NCBI GenBank assembly: GCA_963776915.1
Contig: CAVZPE010000008.1
Location: forward strand, 34,124 to 98,123
Reading direction: 5' to 3'
Origin: an uncultured Acidobacteriota bacterium
GTDB taxonomy: Bacteria > Acidobacteriota > Thermoanaerobaculia > UBA5066
Length of the DNA: 64,000 nucleotides
Shown here piece by piece: positions 43,518-54,702 of the stretch (positions are counted from its first letter, which is position 1; each line of letters opens with the position of its first letter). Both the position numbers and the translations under genes were made by a program. The notes below the pieces were generated by a model. That model did no database searches, had not been told where the DNA came from, and was given only the letters and a program-made list of their open reading frames with translations.

Positions 43518-44500
43518 CGATCGCCCGCTTCCTGCGTCCCGCCGCCGTCCTCGCTCCTCGCGCTCGCGATTCCCGCGGCGGCCAAGGACGTCTACAAGGC
43601 CTTCCTCGACCCGGGCATTCCGCAGCACAAGGCGACGCTCGACATCCTCGCGCGCCTGGAGCAGACCCCGAACGACGCGACGCTCCACAACGACCTCGGC
43701 TGCCTGATCGCGCGGGACGGCTTCTGGCGCGACGCCCTGCGCGAGTTCGAGACGGCCGAGAAGCTCGACAAGAAGGACGGGCGCGCTCCCTACAACGCGG
43801 GTCTCGTCGAGACGACGCGCGGGGAGTGGGGCGCGGCGCGCTCCGCGTTCAAGAAGGCGGTCTCGCGGAACCCGGGCAACTGGCCCGCCTGGTGGATGCT
43901 CGGGTTCGCCGAGGAGAAGCTCGGGAACCCGGACGCGGCCGTGGACGCGTACGCGACCGTCGCTGCGCGTCGACACGTCGCTCTTCGACGTGAAGCGCAA
44001 TCCCTACGCGGTGCAGTCGCGTCTGAAGGCGCGCGTCCTCCTCAAGACGTACGACGCCCGCTTCGCCCGCGCCGCCCTTCCGGTCACGGAGCAGCTCGCC
44101 CGGCCCGACATCCTGACCTCGTTCCAGGCCGGCCACGTGTCGGTCACGTCGGCGCCCGGCGCCGCCGTTCCCGAAGACGCCCTCGTGCGGACGTCGCGCG
44201 GCAGCGGGCCCGGCGGCGGCGCCGTCGCGGTCCCCTCCTCGGGCGGCGCGGTCGTGACGTCCGTTCCCCCGGTGAGCTCGAGCCGTCCCGCGGCGCCGGC
44301 GGCACCCGTGACCGGCGCGCCCGCGGCGCCGGGCCGGCCCGGCGGCCTGGAGGAGGCTCCGCCGTGGTTCCCCGCAGACGTCGCCCGCCGGGCCCGCGCC
44401 CGTGCGGACGCCCCGCCCGGCGGGCAACCCGGATCCCGGGGGCGCCTCCGCCCGACCCCGGCCCCGACGGCCCGCCGCCCCGGGCCCCGGCATCGGCTGA
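43514..44500 (+). CDS. TPR-repeat lipoprotein/secreted protein (at least two frameshifts; 3' end uncertain)
   Basis: Signal-peptide-like MTIARFLRPAAVL(LLALAIPAAA), restored by a 1-nt shift near 43550. TPR-like body (NDLGCLIARDGFWRDALREFETAEKLDKKDGRAPYNAGLVETTRGEWGAARSAFKKAVSRNPGNWPAWWMLGFAEEKLGNPDAAVDAYATV). A Pro/Ala-rich tail follows in another frame. Confidence 0.45.
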
Positions 44501-44504
44501 CGAG

Positions 44505-45847
44505 TCAGCCCTTCCACTTCGGCACGAAGAGCGTCGGGGCGCCGGCACCGCCGCCGGCGGCCGGGATGAACTTCAGGTCGTCCCCGACCGCCTCGACGCC
44601 GCGCAGGAGCTCCGAGAGCCGCCCCGAGAGGAGCGTCTCGGAGACGGCGTCGGTCGCGCGCCCCTTCTCGACCCAGTAGCCGGCGACGTGCAGGCGGAAC
44701 CGGTCCGCCGCGAGGTCGACCTGGGGCCGCGAGAGAAGCACGGCCGCGTAGAACCCCTTGACGAGGGCGCGGAGGAGGTCGAGGGGCGGAACGCCGGACG
44801 AGGGGTCGACGAAGAAGTTCGTGACGCCGATCGCGGGCGGCTCGGAGAACGCGCGGCGGAACGCGTTGCCCGTGGGCTCGGTCCCGAGACGCTGCGCGGC
44901 GGCGACGTCCGTGAGGCGCGACGCGAGGCGCCCGCGGTCGAGGACGACCGTCCGGCGCTGCGGGGTGCCCTCGCCGTCGTGCGTGGTCCGCACGGGACCG
45001 CCCGGCGCGCTCGCGGCGTCCACGAGGGTGAGGGCCGGCGCGGCGAGCGCGTCGCGCCCCTCGCGCGTTCGGGCCGCGAGGAGGCCGTCCTCGTCCTCCC
45101 CGAAGAAGGCCGGCGCCACGCGTGCGACGAGCGGCGCGGCGACGAGCGGATCGAGCAGGAGGTCCCAGCGCCCCGGCTCGAGGGGCCGGCCCTTCAGCGG
45201 GAGGAGCACGCGGTCGACCGCGTGGTGCGCGAGGCGCGCGAGCGCGAGCTCCTCCGGGCGCGCGGCGGCCGCGACGACGCGCGCGGACGCGCGGCCCGCG
45301 CCCGTGCGGGCCGACACCGTCGCGACGAGGGTCGCGAAGGCGCTTCCGAACGTGACGTCGCGCCCGGCCGTCGTCGCGACGCGCTCGGTGCGCGCTCCGA
45401 GCGCGAGCGCCGCCTCGCCGAGGAGGACCGCGCCGTCGCTCGCGGCCGCGAGCGCGCGGCGGAACGCGACGAGGAGCGCGCGCGCGGCGATCTCGTCGGG
45501 ACGCGGGGGCGGCGCGAGGGGCGCGGGGGGACGCGGCTTCGGGCAGCGGCGGGCGACGGGCGGGCTCCGCGGCGCGTGCGGGCCCGGGCCAGGAGGAGGC
45601 GCGCCTCCGCGGGCAGGGCCCGGGCGCCGTCGGCCCCGGACGCCGCGAACGACGTGCGGCCCGCCCGGAACTGGCGCACGGCGAAGCCGCGCTCGGACGA
45701 GACGCTCGCGTGGAGGCCGCGCTCGTCCTCGACGAGCTCGAGCGCCGTCCCGCGGCGCTCGTAGACCTCGCCGCCCTCGCCGTCGTGCGCGAAGGAGGAC
45801 GCCGCGGCGAGGACGTCCTCGAAGAGGCCGTCGGAGGGCGCCCTCAC
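44505..45847 (-). CDS. pmbA: TldD/PmbA-family metalloprotease PmbA (frameshift about 45550)
   Basis: The N-terminus starts at GTG 45847 ([49 protein letters not shown]; the ORF track begins at ATG 45844, MRAPSDG...). The C-terminal half is in ORF 44505..45317 (...GFYAAVLL...LKFIPAAGGGAGAPTLFVPKWKG). Confidence 0.6.
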
Positions 45848-47199
45848 GGCCGCCCCCGAGGGCCGTGAGGCCGCGCAGGAGAACGGCCGGGGAGGCGCCG
45901 CCGACGGGCAGCGGCTCGCCGCGCTTGACGCACAGGCCGAGGCCGCTCGCGGGCGCGGCGGCCTCGCCCGGCTCGCCGTAGAGCTGGCGCAGCGCCGTCA
46001 GGACGTCGGACGTCAGGAGGAACGGGCGCGACCGGGGCGCCGAGGCGCCCGCGCCGCACGAGGTCGGCGCTCTCGACGAAGAGCGAGAACCGGCCGGACT
46101 CGGGATCCGTGTGGCCGGCCGAGATCTCGCGGACGTAGAGGCCGTTCCCGCAGGCGTCGAGGAGCTCGTCGCGGCTCGCGCGGCCGGCCGCCACGAGGAG
46201 CGTCGAGAGGCGGGGGCGCGGAGGCCGGCGGAAGTCGCCGCAGCGGCCGTGCCCGTTCGAGGCGGCGCCGGACGTCCGGCGGTCCGTGAGGACTCCCGTC
46301 ACGCGGCCCTCCTCGAGGAGCGGGACGGGACGCGCGGGCGTCCCCTCGTCGTCCGCGAGATAGGAGCCCGGCAGGTCGCGGCGCGTCGGGTCGCACGTCA
46401 CGGAGAACCCGGGCGGCGCGACCGCGGCGCGCGCGACGCGCGTGAGGACCGAGGAACGCTCGCCGCTCTCGGCCTCCAGCGGGTGGCCGACCGCCTCGTG
46501 CCAGAAGACGGAGGCCGCTTCCGGCGAGAGGACGACGTCCACCCGGCCGTCGGGCGCGCGGTGCGCCGGCACGGGTCGCGTCGCCTCCGCGAGGGCCTTC
46601 GCGAAGGCGTCGCACGCGGCGGAAAAGGGGGCCGAGGACTGGAAGGCGAAGCTGCGGCTCGCGGCCGTCCGGCGCAGCACGCCCGTCGCCTCCAGCCGGG
46701 TGGCGTCGCCGCACGGGACGAAGTCCCGGCCCGTGACGACCGCGCGCGAGACCGTCACGCGCGCGATCGCGAGCGTCAGCGAGAGGCCGCGGGGGTCGGG
46801 GAGGGCGCGGGCGAGCGCGGCCGCGAGCTGCGTCGCGCGTCCCTCCTCGTCCGGGCCGGACGGACCGCGATCGTCGCGGCGGGGCGGCGGGTTCTTCGTC
46901 TTGAAGAACGGCGCGCCGCCGGCGCGCTGCGAGGCCTCGCGCACGGCCTCGCGAAGCGCCTCGGCTCCGTCGCCGTCGCAGGCGACGAGGAGCGAGTCCC
47001 TGCCCTTCGAGACGCGCACCGCGGTCCCGCGCTCCTCGACGATCGACGGCGCCTGGAGCCCCGCCTCGGTCGCGCTCCAGGTGATCGCGCGGCGCCGCTC
47101 GCGGAAGGCCTCGCCTCCCTCGCCGCGGCGCAGCATCCCCGAGACGATGCGGACCGCGTCCTCCGCGTCCTCGCGGAAGACCGTGACGTCGTCGCTCAA
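45844..47199 (-). CDS. tldD: metalloprotease TldD (two frameshifts near the 3' end, one in a GGGGG run)
   Basis: HEAVGHPLE motif. The C-terminal segment [55 protein letters not shown] is in another frame. Its stop TGA overlaps the pmbA GTG. Confidence 0.65.
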   Translation of the reverse strand: MSDDVTVFREDAEDAVRIVSGMLRRGEGGEAFRERRRAITWSATEAGLQAPSIVEERGTAVRVSKGRDSLLVACDGDGAEALREAVREASQRAGGAPFFKTKNPPPRRDDRGPSGPDEEGRATQLAAALARALPDPRGLSLTLAIARVTVSRAVVTGRDFVPCGDATRLEATGVLRRTAASRSFAFQSSAPFSAACDAFAKALAEATRPVPAHRAPDGRVDVVLSPEAASVFWHEAVGHPLEAESGERSSVLTRVARAAVAPPGFSVTCDPTRRDLPGSYLADDEGTPARPVPLLEEGRVTGVLTDRRTSGAASNGHGRCGDFRRPPRPRLSTLLVAAGRASRDELLDACGNGLYVREISAGHTDPESGRFSLFVESADLVRRGRLGAPVAPVPPDVRRPDGAAPALRRAGRGRRARERPRPVRQARRAAARRRRLPGRSPARPHGPRGRP

Positions 47200-47313
47200 C
47201 GAGGGGGATTGTAGGAGCGCGGCGCGATCCCACGGGAGCGTTCCGGTTGCCGGCTGCGACTCAATCCGTAGACGCGCCGTCGAGCGGAGGCGTGGGATAT
47301 CCTCGTTCGTCCT

Positions 47314-47592
47314 ATGGCCCTCTCAGACGCCCGGCTGGCCGCGCAGGCCGCCTACGTGGCGCGCCGTCTCCTCGCCGAAGGGCTCGTCAAGACGCCCGCG
47401 GCGGCGGAGCTGCGGCGGGCTCTCGAGGCCGCCCTCGTCGAGGACCGCGACCGCGAGCGGGCGCTGGACGACGAGGTCAAGAAGCTCCTCGCCCAGAACG
47501 CGGCCACGATCCGCGGCGCGGGCGTGGACTACGCGGAGATGTTCCGCAAGGCGAAGAAGATGCTCGCCGACAAGAAGAAGATCCCCCTGTGA
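47314..47592 (+). CDS. small conserved hypothetical protein (92 aa)
   Basis: Intact, charged-helical ORF directly upstream of the carboxylase operon. Confidence 0.45.
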   Translation: MALSDARLAAQAAYVARRLLAEGLVKTPAAAELRRALEAALVEDRDRERALDDEVKKLLAQNAATIRGAGVDYAEMFRKAKKMLADKKKIPL

Positions 47593-47599
47593 GGCACGC

Positions 47600-49162
<1,563 letters not shown>

Positions 49163-49216
49163 GCGATGGATCTCCGTGGCGATGTCAGGGACGACCGCTG
49201 CGCGCCGCGCCGAGCG

Positions 49217-49262
49217 CCCTCTTGACCCTTTCGTGCAGAAGATCTTCATCTGTCGGTGCTTC
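49217..49262 (+). repeat. solo half-copy of the palindromic element family plus perfect palindrome GAAGATCTTC in the accC leader
   Basis: CCCTCTTGACCCTTTCGTGCAGAAGATCTTCAT resembles the right arms at 1405, 52654 and 63824. It lies 25 nt upstream of the accC ATG. Confidence 0.35.
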
Positions 49263-49273
49263 TTTCACTCCGC

Positions 49274-50766
49274 ATGAGTAATCCCCCCGTCTCCTCATCG
49301 CGAACCGCGGCGAGATCGCCGTCAGGATCATCCGGGCCTGCCGCGACCTCGGGATCTCGCCCGTGGCGGTCTACTCCGAGGCCGACCGCGGCTCGCTCCA
49401 CGTGCGCCTCGCCGACCACGCGGTGGCGATCGGGCCGCCGCCCGCGCGCGAGAGCTACCTCGTCCCGGAGAAGCTCATCGCCGCCGCCCGCAAGACGGGC
49501 GCGACGATGATCCACCCCGGGTTCGGCTTCCTCTCCGAGAACGCCGCGTTCGCCCAGACCGTGATCGACGCCGGCCTCACGTGGGTCGGCCCGCGCCCGT
49601 TCTCGATCGCCGCGATGGGGAGCAAGACGGAGTCCCGCCAGCGGATGCTCGCGGCGGGCGTCCCGGTCGTCCCCGGCATGACGACGCCCGCGGCGTCGGC
49701 CGCCGAGGTCGCGGCGTTCGGCCGCGAGAACGGCTTCCCGCTCCTCCTGAAGGCGGCGGCCGGCGGAGGCGGCAAGGGAATGCGCGTCGTGCGCGCCGAG
49801 TCCGAGGTCGCGGAGGCCTTCGTCAGGACGCAGAGCGAGGCGAAGTCGTACTTCGCGGACGACCGCGTCTACGCCGAGCTCTTCGTCGAGCTCCCGCGCC
49901 ACATCGAGGTCCAGGTCCTGGGCGACGCGACGGGCAAGGTCCTCGCGATCGGCGAGCGCGAGTGCTCGCTCCAGCGGCGACACCAGAAGGTCCTCGAGGA
50001 GTGTCCGTCGGCCGCCGTGTCGCCGGAGCTCCGGGCGAAGATGGAGGCCGTCGCGATCGCGGCCGCGAAGGCGGTCGACTACGTCTCCGCCGGGACGGTC
50101 GAGTTCCTCCTCTCCCGGGACGGACGCTTCTTCTTCCTCGAGATGAACACCCGCATCCAGGTCGAACACCCCGTCACCGAGATGGTGTACGGCGTCGACC
50201 TCGTCGCCGAGATGATCCGGATCGCGCAGGGCCAGCCCATGTCCCTGCGCGCCAAGCCCGAGGCGCGCGGCCACGCGATCGAGTGCCGCGTCTACGCCGA
50301 GGATCCGGGGCGGGCCTTCGCGCCGTCACCGGGGCGGATCACGGCCCTGCGGTGGCCCGGCGGACCCGGCATCCGCGTGGACGCGGGCCTCACGGCCGGC
50401 GACGTCGTCCCGCTCGACTACGACCCGATGGTCGCGAAGATCACGGCGTGGGGCCTCGACCGCGACGAGGCGAGGCGCCGGATGCTGCGCGCGCTCGCCG
50501 AGACGCGCATCCAGGGCATCCAGACGTCCGTCCCGTTCTTCGTCTCCCTCCTGAACGACGCGCGCGTCGCGACGAACGACGTCTCGACGCAGTTCCTCGA
50601 CACGTACCGGTACGAGCCGCCCGTCCCGGAGGAGGGCCAGCGGGATCTCGCGCTCGCCGCGGCCGTTCTCGAGGCCCTCGAGCAGACGAAGAGCGTCCGC
50701 CCGCAGACGAAGGGGACGGCCCCGGCGCCGTGGCGGACGGCCCGGCCGACGCACGGGGTTCGATGA
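49274..50766 (+). CDS. accC: biotin carboxylase (acyl-CoA carboxylase alpha subunit); 1-nt indel in a C7 homopolymer at 49282-49288
   Basis: ATG 49274 MSN.., then with one extra C the sequence reads RLLIANRGEIAVRIIRACRDLGISPVAVYSEADRG. The rest is intact: ATP-grasp, EMNTRIQVEHPVTE. Confidence 0.8.
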
Positions 50767-51290
50767 AATACCACGCCCGGTTCCCCGGCACCGGCCCCGG
50801 CGGGGTCGCCCTCAGGGTGGAGGCGCCGCAGCCGTCCTACGAGATCGAGGCCGAGGGGCGCGTCCTCCGGGGGAACGCCCGGCGGCTCGGCGACGGCGTG
50901 TGGTCCCTCGTGACGTCCGACGGCCGCCAGGCCGAGGCGCGGATCGAGCGGACGCCGGACGGCGGCATGCGCGTCCGCATCGGCGCCGTGACGTTCGAGT
51001 TCGACCTCCTGGACGAGCTGACGGCACGGGCCCTCCTCGCGACCGGCGGGCGCGCCGTGCGAAAGGCCAAGCACGTCGCCGCCGCGATGCCGGGGCGCGT
51101 CCTGCGCGTGCTCGTCGCCGCGGGCGACGCCGTGGTCGCCGGGCAGCCCCTCGTCGTCCTCGAGGCGATGAAGATGGAGAACGAGGTCAAGTCCCCGCAG
51201 GACGGCATCGTCTCGGGCGTCGCCGTCGAGGCGGGGCAGCCCGTGAACGCCGGCGAGATCCTCGTGCGGTTCGCGTCGGACCCGGCCTGA
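50763..51290 (+). CDS. biotin carboxyl carrier domain protein
   Basis: C-terminal biotinyl domain with EAMKMENEV. The ATG overlaps the accC stop (ATGA). Confidence 0.75.
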   Translation: MKYHARFPGTGPGGVALRVEAPQPSYEIEAEGRVLRGNARRLGDGVWSLVTSDGRQAEARIERTPDGGMRVRIGAVTFEFDLLDELTARALLATGGRAVRKAKHVAAAMPGRVLRVLVAAGDAVVAGQPLVVLEAMKMENEVKSPQDGIVSGVAVEAGQPVNAGEILVRFASDPA

Positions 51291-51337
51291 CCCGCGACGG
51301 GTTCACGGCGCCGGGGGAATCGCTTAATCTCCGCTCC

Positions 51338-52528
51338 ATGAAGACGACCGTCCGCACGGCTCTCGCGCTGTCCTTCGTCCTCGGGCTCTCCTGCAACGCC
51401 GCCCAGCCGGCGGCCCCCAAGCCGGCCGCGGCGAAGCCGGCCGCCGCTCCCGCGAAGGCCGACCCGCTGACGGAGTGGGTCGACGGGCTCTTCGCGTGGG
51501 GGGCCGGGCAGACGACGCTCGAGGAGATCACGACCGTCAAGATCCCGGGAACGCGGATCTACCTCGCGAAGCGGACGTACACGGCCGACCCGCGGATGAA
51601 CGACCAGGCCCACCTCTTCGTCGAGGACGGGGGCAAGGTCCTCATCGGGGACATCTTCTACGACGAGGACCGGGCGAAGAATCCCGCGCCCGTGAGGACG
51701 GACGACGATCTCGCGAGCATGCGCTCGAAGGTGCGGCAGTTCCTGATCGGCGGCTTCACCATGACGCTCGACCCCGCCGGCGACCGCAGGAACTGGAAGG
51801 GCGTCACCGTCCGGACCGACACGGGTTACGGCACGACGCCGATGACCGCCTTCATCAAGGCGGACGACGGGACGCTCCTCGTCCTCGGCCGCTTCTGGGA
51901 CCGCAACCGGCCGATCGCCGAGCAGCGGCGCGAGATGATCAAGCTCGCCGGCGCACCGATGACCGGCCCGGCGGATGCCAGGGTCACGGTCGTCGAGTAC
52001 TCGGACATGGAGTGCGGCTTCTGCAAGAAGCGGACGGCGGACTTCGACGCGCTCGTCGCGAAGCTCGGCAAGGAGCTCAAGATCAAGCGCTACATCAAGC
52101 TGTTCCCGCTGACGGGCGTGCACCCGTGGGCCTTCCGCGCGGCGTCGGCGGGCCGCTGCTTCTTCGACCTCCAGGGCGCCGACTCCTTCTTCCGCTGGAA
52201 GGCGCAGGTCTACGCGAAGCAGGATGAGATGTCCGTGCCCGGGATCGACGCCTTCGCGATCGACTACGCGTACGCGAACGAGATCCCGGACGCGAAGTTC
52301 CGCGCGTGTTATCTGCAGGCGAAGTCGAACGACAAGATCAACGCCGATCTCACGGAAGGCTGGGCGCTCCGCGTCCGCTCGACGCCGAGCTACTACATCG
52401 ACGGCGTCTTCGTCTCCTGGTTCACGGACAACATCATGGAAGAGTTCCTCCGCACGACGTACCTCGGCGGCAGGGGCCTCCCGCTGCCGGCGGCGCCGGC
52501 GGCGCCGGCCGGCGCCGCGAAGCACTGA
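51338..52528 (+). CDS. DsbA/thioredoxin-like thiol-disulfide oxidoreductase lipoprotein
   Basis: Lipoprotein signal (LALSFVLGLSC). Thioredoxin-fold CxxC (ECGFCKK). 396 aa. Confidence 0.6.
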   Translation: MKTTVRTALALSFVLGLSCNAAQPAAPKPAAAKPAAAPAKADPLTEWVDGLFAWGAGQTTLEEITTVKIPGTRIYLAKRTYTADPRMNDQAHLFVEDGGKVLIGDIFYDEDRAKNPAPVRTDDDLASMRSKVRQFLIGGFTMTLDPAGDRRNWKGVTVRTDTGYGTTPMTAFIKADDGTLLVLGRFWDRNRPIAEQRREMIKLAGAPMTGPADARVTVVEYSDMECGFCKKRTADFDALVAKLGKELKIKRYIKLFPLTGVHPWAFRAASAGRCFFDLQGADSFFRWKAQVYAKQDEMSVPGIDAFAIDYAYANEIPDAKFRACYLQAKSNDKINADLTEGWALRVRSTPSYYIDGVFVSWFTDNIMEEFLRTTYLGGRGLPLPAAPAAPAGAAKH

Positions 52529-52530
52529 GA

Positions 52531-52712
52531 CGGAAGAGAGAACGGAAGAAGAGACGGATTGGAAGACAATAGAAGAGGAAGATTTTCCTAGAAGGGTGTG
52601 TGGGGCCGTGGCAGTTCGCTTCGGCGGCACATCCCCGCGGCGCCGGCGCCTTCCCCTCTTCACCTTCTAAGAAAACCCTTTCTTCTCTCTCTTTCTCTCT
52701 CTCTTCTCTCTC
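52531..52712. repeat. palindromic element copy E2 filling the convergent intergenic gap: arms TTTTCCTAGAAGGGTG / CACCTTCTAAGAAAA flanked by a long homopurine tract (left) and homopyrimidine tract (right)
   Basis: Left arm 52584-52600, right arm 52654-52676. GA-rich tract 52531-52583 mirrors the CT-rich tract 52677-52710. The region is markedly AT-richer than its surroundings. Confidence 0.55.
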
Positions 52713-52715
52713 GCC

Positions 52716-54653
52716 CTAATTCTTGAAGGGCACCTCGACGGCGAGCCAGGTCTTCACCTTCACGCCGTTCTTCGTCGCGGGCTTCCAGCGCCACTGCTGG
52801 AGCGCCTGGACGCTCGAGGCCCCGAGGCCGACGACCGGGGTCACGTCCCTCAGGAGCTCGACCTTGGCCGGCTTGCCGTTCTCGTCGATGAGGACGCGCA
52901 GGAGGACGGTGCCCGAGACCCGCCTCTGCCTCGCCATCGGCGGAACGAGGGGGCTGACCTGACGCGTCGGGACCGGCGGCGTGTCGCAGTTCTCGATGTC
53001 GACGAAGTCTCCTTCCTTCACGGCGGGCGCGGTCGGCACGGCGGCGGCCGCCGCCTGGGCCTCCTCGCGCCGCTTCGCGGCGCCCGCGCGGGCGAGACGC
53101 GCGGCCTCCTCGCGGTCGGCCCGGTCGCGCGCGAGGCGCGCCGCGTCCTCGACGTCGCGGGCCTTGTGCGCCTCCTCGGCGGCCGCTTCGATGTCGGCCT
53201 GTTTCTTCTTCGAGGCGGCGTCCTGCTGCCGGGCGGTTCGCGCCTCCTGTTTCCGGAGCTCCTCGTCGAGCCGCTTCTGGACGGCCGCCTGGAAGAGAGG
53301 GTCGTCCTTGCCGACGACGACGGGCGCGGGCGTCGGGACCGGCGTCGGCGGCGCCGCGGTCGGCCGGGGCAGGGGCGTCGGCGCCGGGGCCCGGGCGGGA
53401 GCCGAGGGCCTCAGCGCGAAGTAGGCGCCCGCCGCGAGGACCGCGGCGCCGCCGAGCGCGACGGCCCAGACCGGCACGCCGCCCATCGGCTTCTTCGGCG
53501 GTCCGGTCATCATCCTCACGGGCGCCGTGCCCTTCGCGGGCGCGGGCCGGGCGGGCGGCGGAGGCACGACCGGCTGGCGGCGCGAGCCCGTGGTCGAGTC
53601 CGCCTTGCGGCCGGGCCCCGTCGCGTCGGGCTTCGCTTCCCCGCCGCTCGCCTCGACACGCCGTCGCCCGGTCGTCTCGGCGCCGGATCGGGCGGCCGCG
53701 AGCGCCGCGGGGTCGAGCGCCTCCTCGGCGTCCATCTCCGCCCTCTCGCGCTGGATCGCGCGATCGAAGTTCTTCTGGAGGAAGAACGCGAGGTTGAAGG
53801 TCGAGGGGGCGTACGGGCCCCCGTAGAGGAGGGCCGAGAGGTCGCGCCGGTATCCGGCGACGCTGCGGTCGCGCGTCTCCGGGTCGGGGTGGAGCGCGCG
53901 GCGCAGGAGGCGCCGGATGTCCTCGGGGACGGGCGTCCCGTCGATCGCGAGGGTCGACGTCTCGACCGCCTCGAGGGCGACGCCCGGGAGAGGAGGCTTG
54001 CCGGTGAGCATCTCGAAGAGGATGGCGCCGACGCCGTAGATGTCGCCGGGCGTCCCCGGCTTGCCGGAGGCCAGCACCTCCGGGGCGACGTAGGGCGCGA
54101 AGGCCTGCCGTGCGCGCGGCGAGGCGAGCGAGGGCAGGAGTCCGGCTCCGAGGCCGTACCCGAACACGCGGGCCTCGCCCTCGTTCGACACGGAGACGAA
54201 CGCCGGGACGAGGAACCCGTGCGGGGCGCCCGTGTAGCGCTCGACGGCGGCTCCGGACTCGAGAGCGGTCATCAGGCGCTCGGCGATCAGGAGGCCGTGC
54301 TCGGCGGGCATCGCCGCTCCGAGGAGACGCGCCGCGAGGAGGACGTCGAGCGTGCGGCCCTCGACGTACTCGACCGCGAGGAACGGCGTGTCGTCGATGA
54401 CGCCGAGGACCGTGCCGCGCGCCACCGCGGGGCCCCTGGTCTCGTCGACGAGGGCGACGGCCGTCTCCATCGCGGCCAGGAGCGCCGTCCGGTCGACGGC
54501 CGCCGACGTGAAGGTCCGGACGAGGTGGAAAGGCTGCAATCGCGGGGCTCCCGCCGTGCCGCCGCGCCACACCTCGCCGAGCGGGTCGCTCCCGATCGCG
54601 CGCGTGAGGATGTACGGCCCGAAGGGCCGCGGGCTGGCTGCGGATGCGCTCAT
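52716..54653 (-). CDS. Ser/Thr pseudokinase domain - TM helix - TonB C-terminal domain fusion protein
   Basis: N-terminal kinase-like fold with an APE motif but no GxGxxG, HRD or DFG. TM helix VPVWAVALGGAAVLAAGAYFAL. Pro-rich region and charged coil. C-terminal TonB_C (VSGTVLLRVLIDENGKPAKVELLRD...QWRWKPATKNGVKVKTWLAVEVPF). 645 aa, intact. Confidence 0.65.
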   Translation of the reverse strand: MSASAASPRPFGPYILTRAIGSDPLGEVWRGGTAGAPRLQPFHLVRTFTSAAVDRTALLAAMETAVALVDETRGPAVARGTVLGVIDDTPFLAVEYVEGRTLDVLLAARLLGAAMPAEHGLLIAERLMTALESGAAVERYTGAPHGFLVPAFVSVSNEGEARVFGYGLGAGLLPSLASPRARQAFAPYVAPEVLASGKPGTPGDIYGVGAILFEMLTGKPPLPGVALEAVETSTLAIDGTPVPEDIRRLLRRALHPDPETRDRSVAGYRRDLSALLYGGPYAPSTFNLAFFLQKNFDRAIQRERAEMDAEEALDPAALAAARSGAETTGRRRVEASGGEAKPDATGPGRKADSTTGSRRQPVVPPPPARPAPAKGTAPVRMMTGPPKKPMGGVPVWAVALGGAAVLAAGAYFALRPSAPARAPAPTPLPRPTAAPPTPVPTPAPVVVGKDDPLFQAAVQKRLDEELRKQEARTARQQDAASKKKQADIEAAAEEAHKARDVEDAARLARDRADREEAARLARAGAAKRREEAQAAAAAVPTAPAVKEGDFVDIENCDTPPVPTRQVSPLVPPMARQRRVSGTVLLRVLIDENGKPAKVELLRDVTPVVGLGASSVQALQQWRWKPATKNGVKVKTWLAVEVPFKN

Positions 54654-54702
54654 CGACTCCGAGACGATTGCGCCTCAGTCTACCAGCCGGCGGCGGGCGG
54701 CG

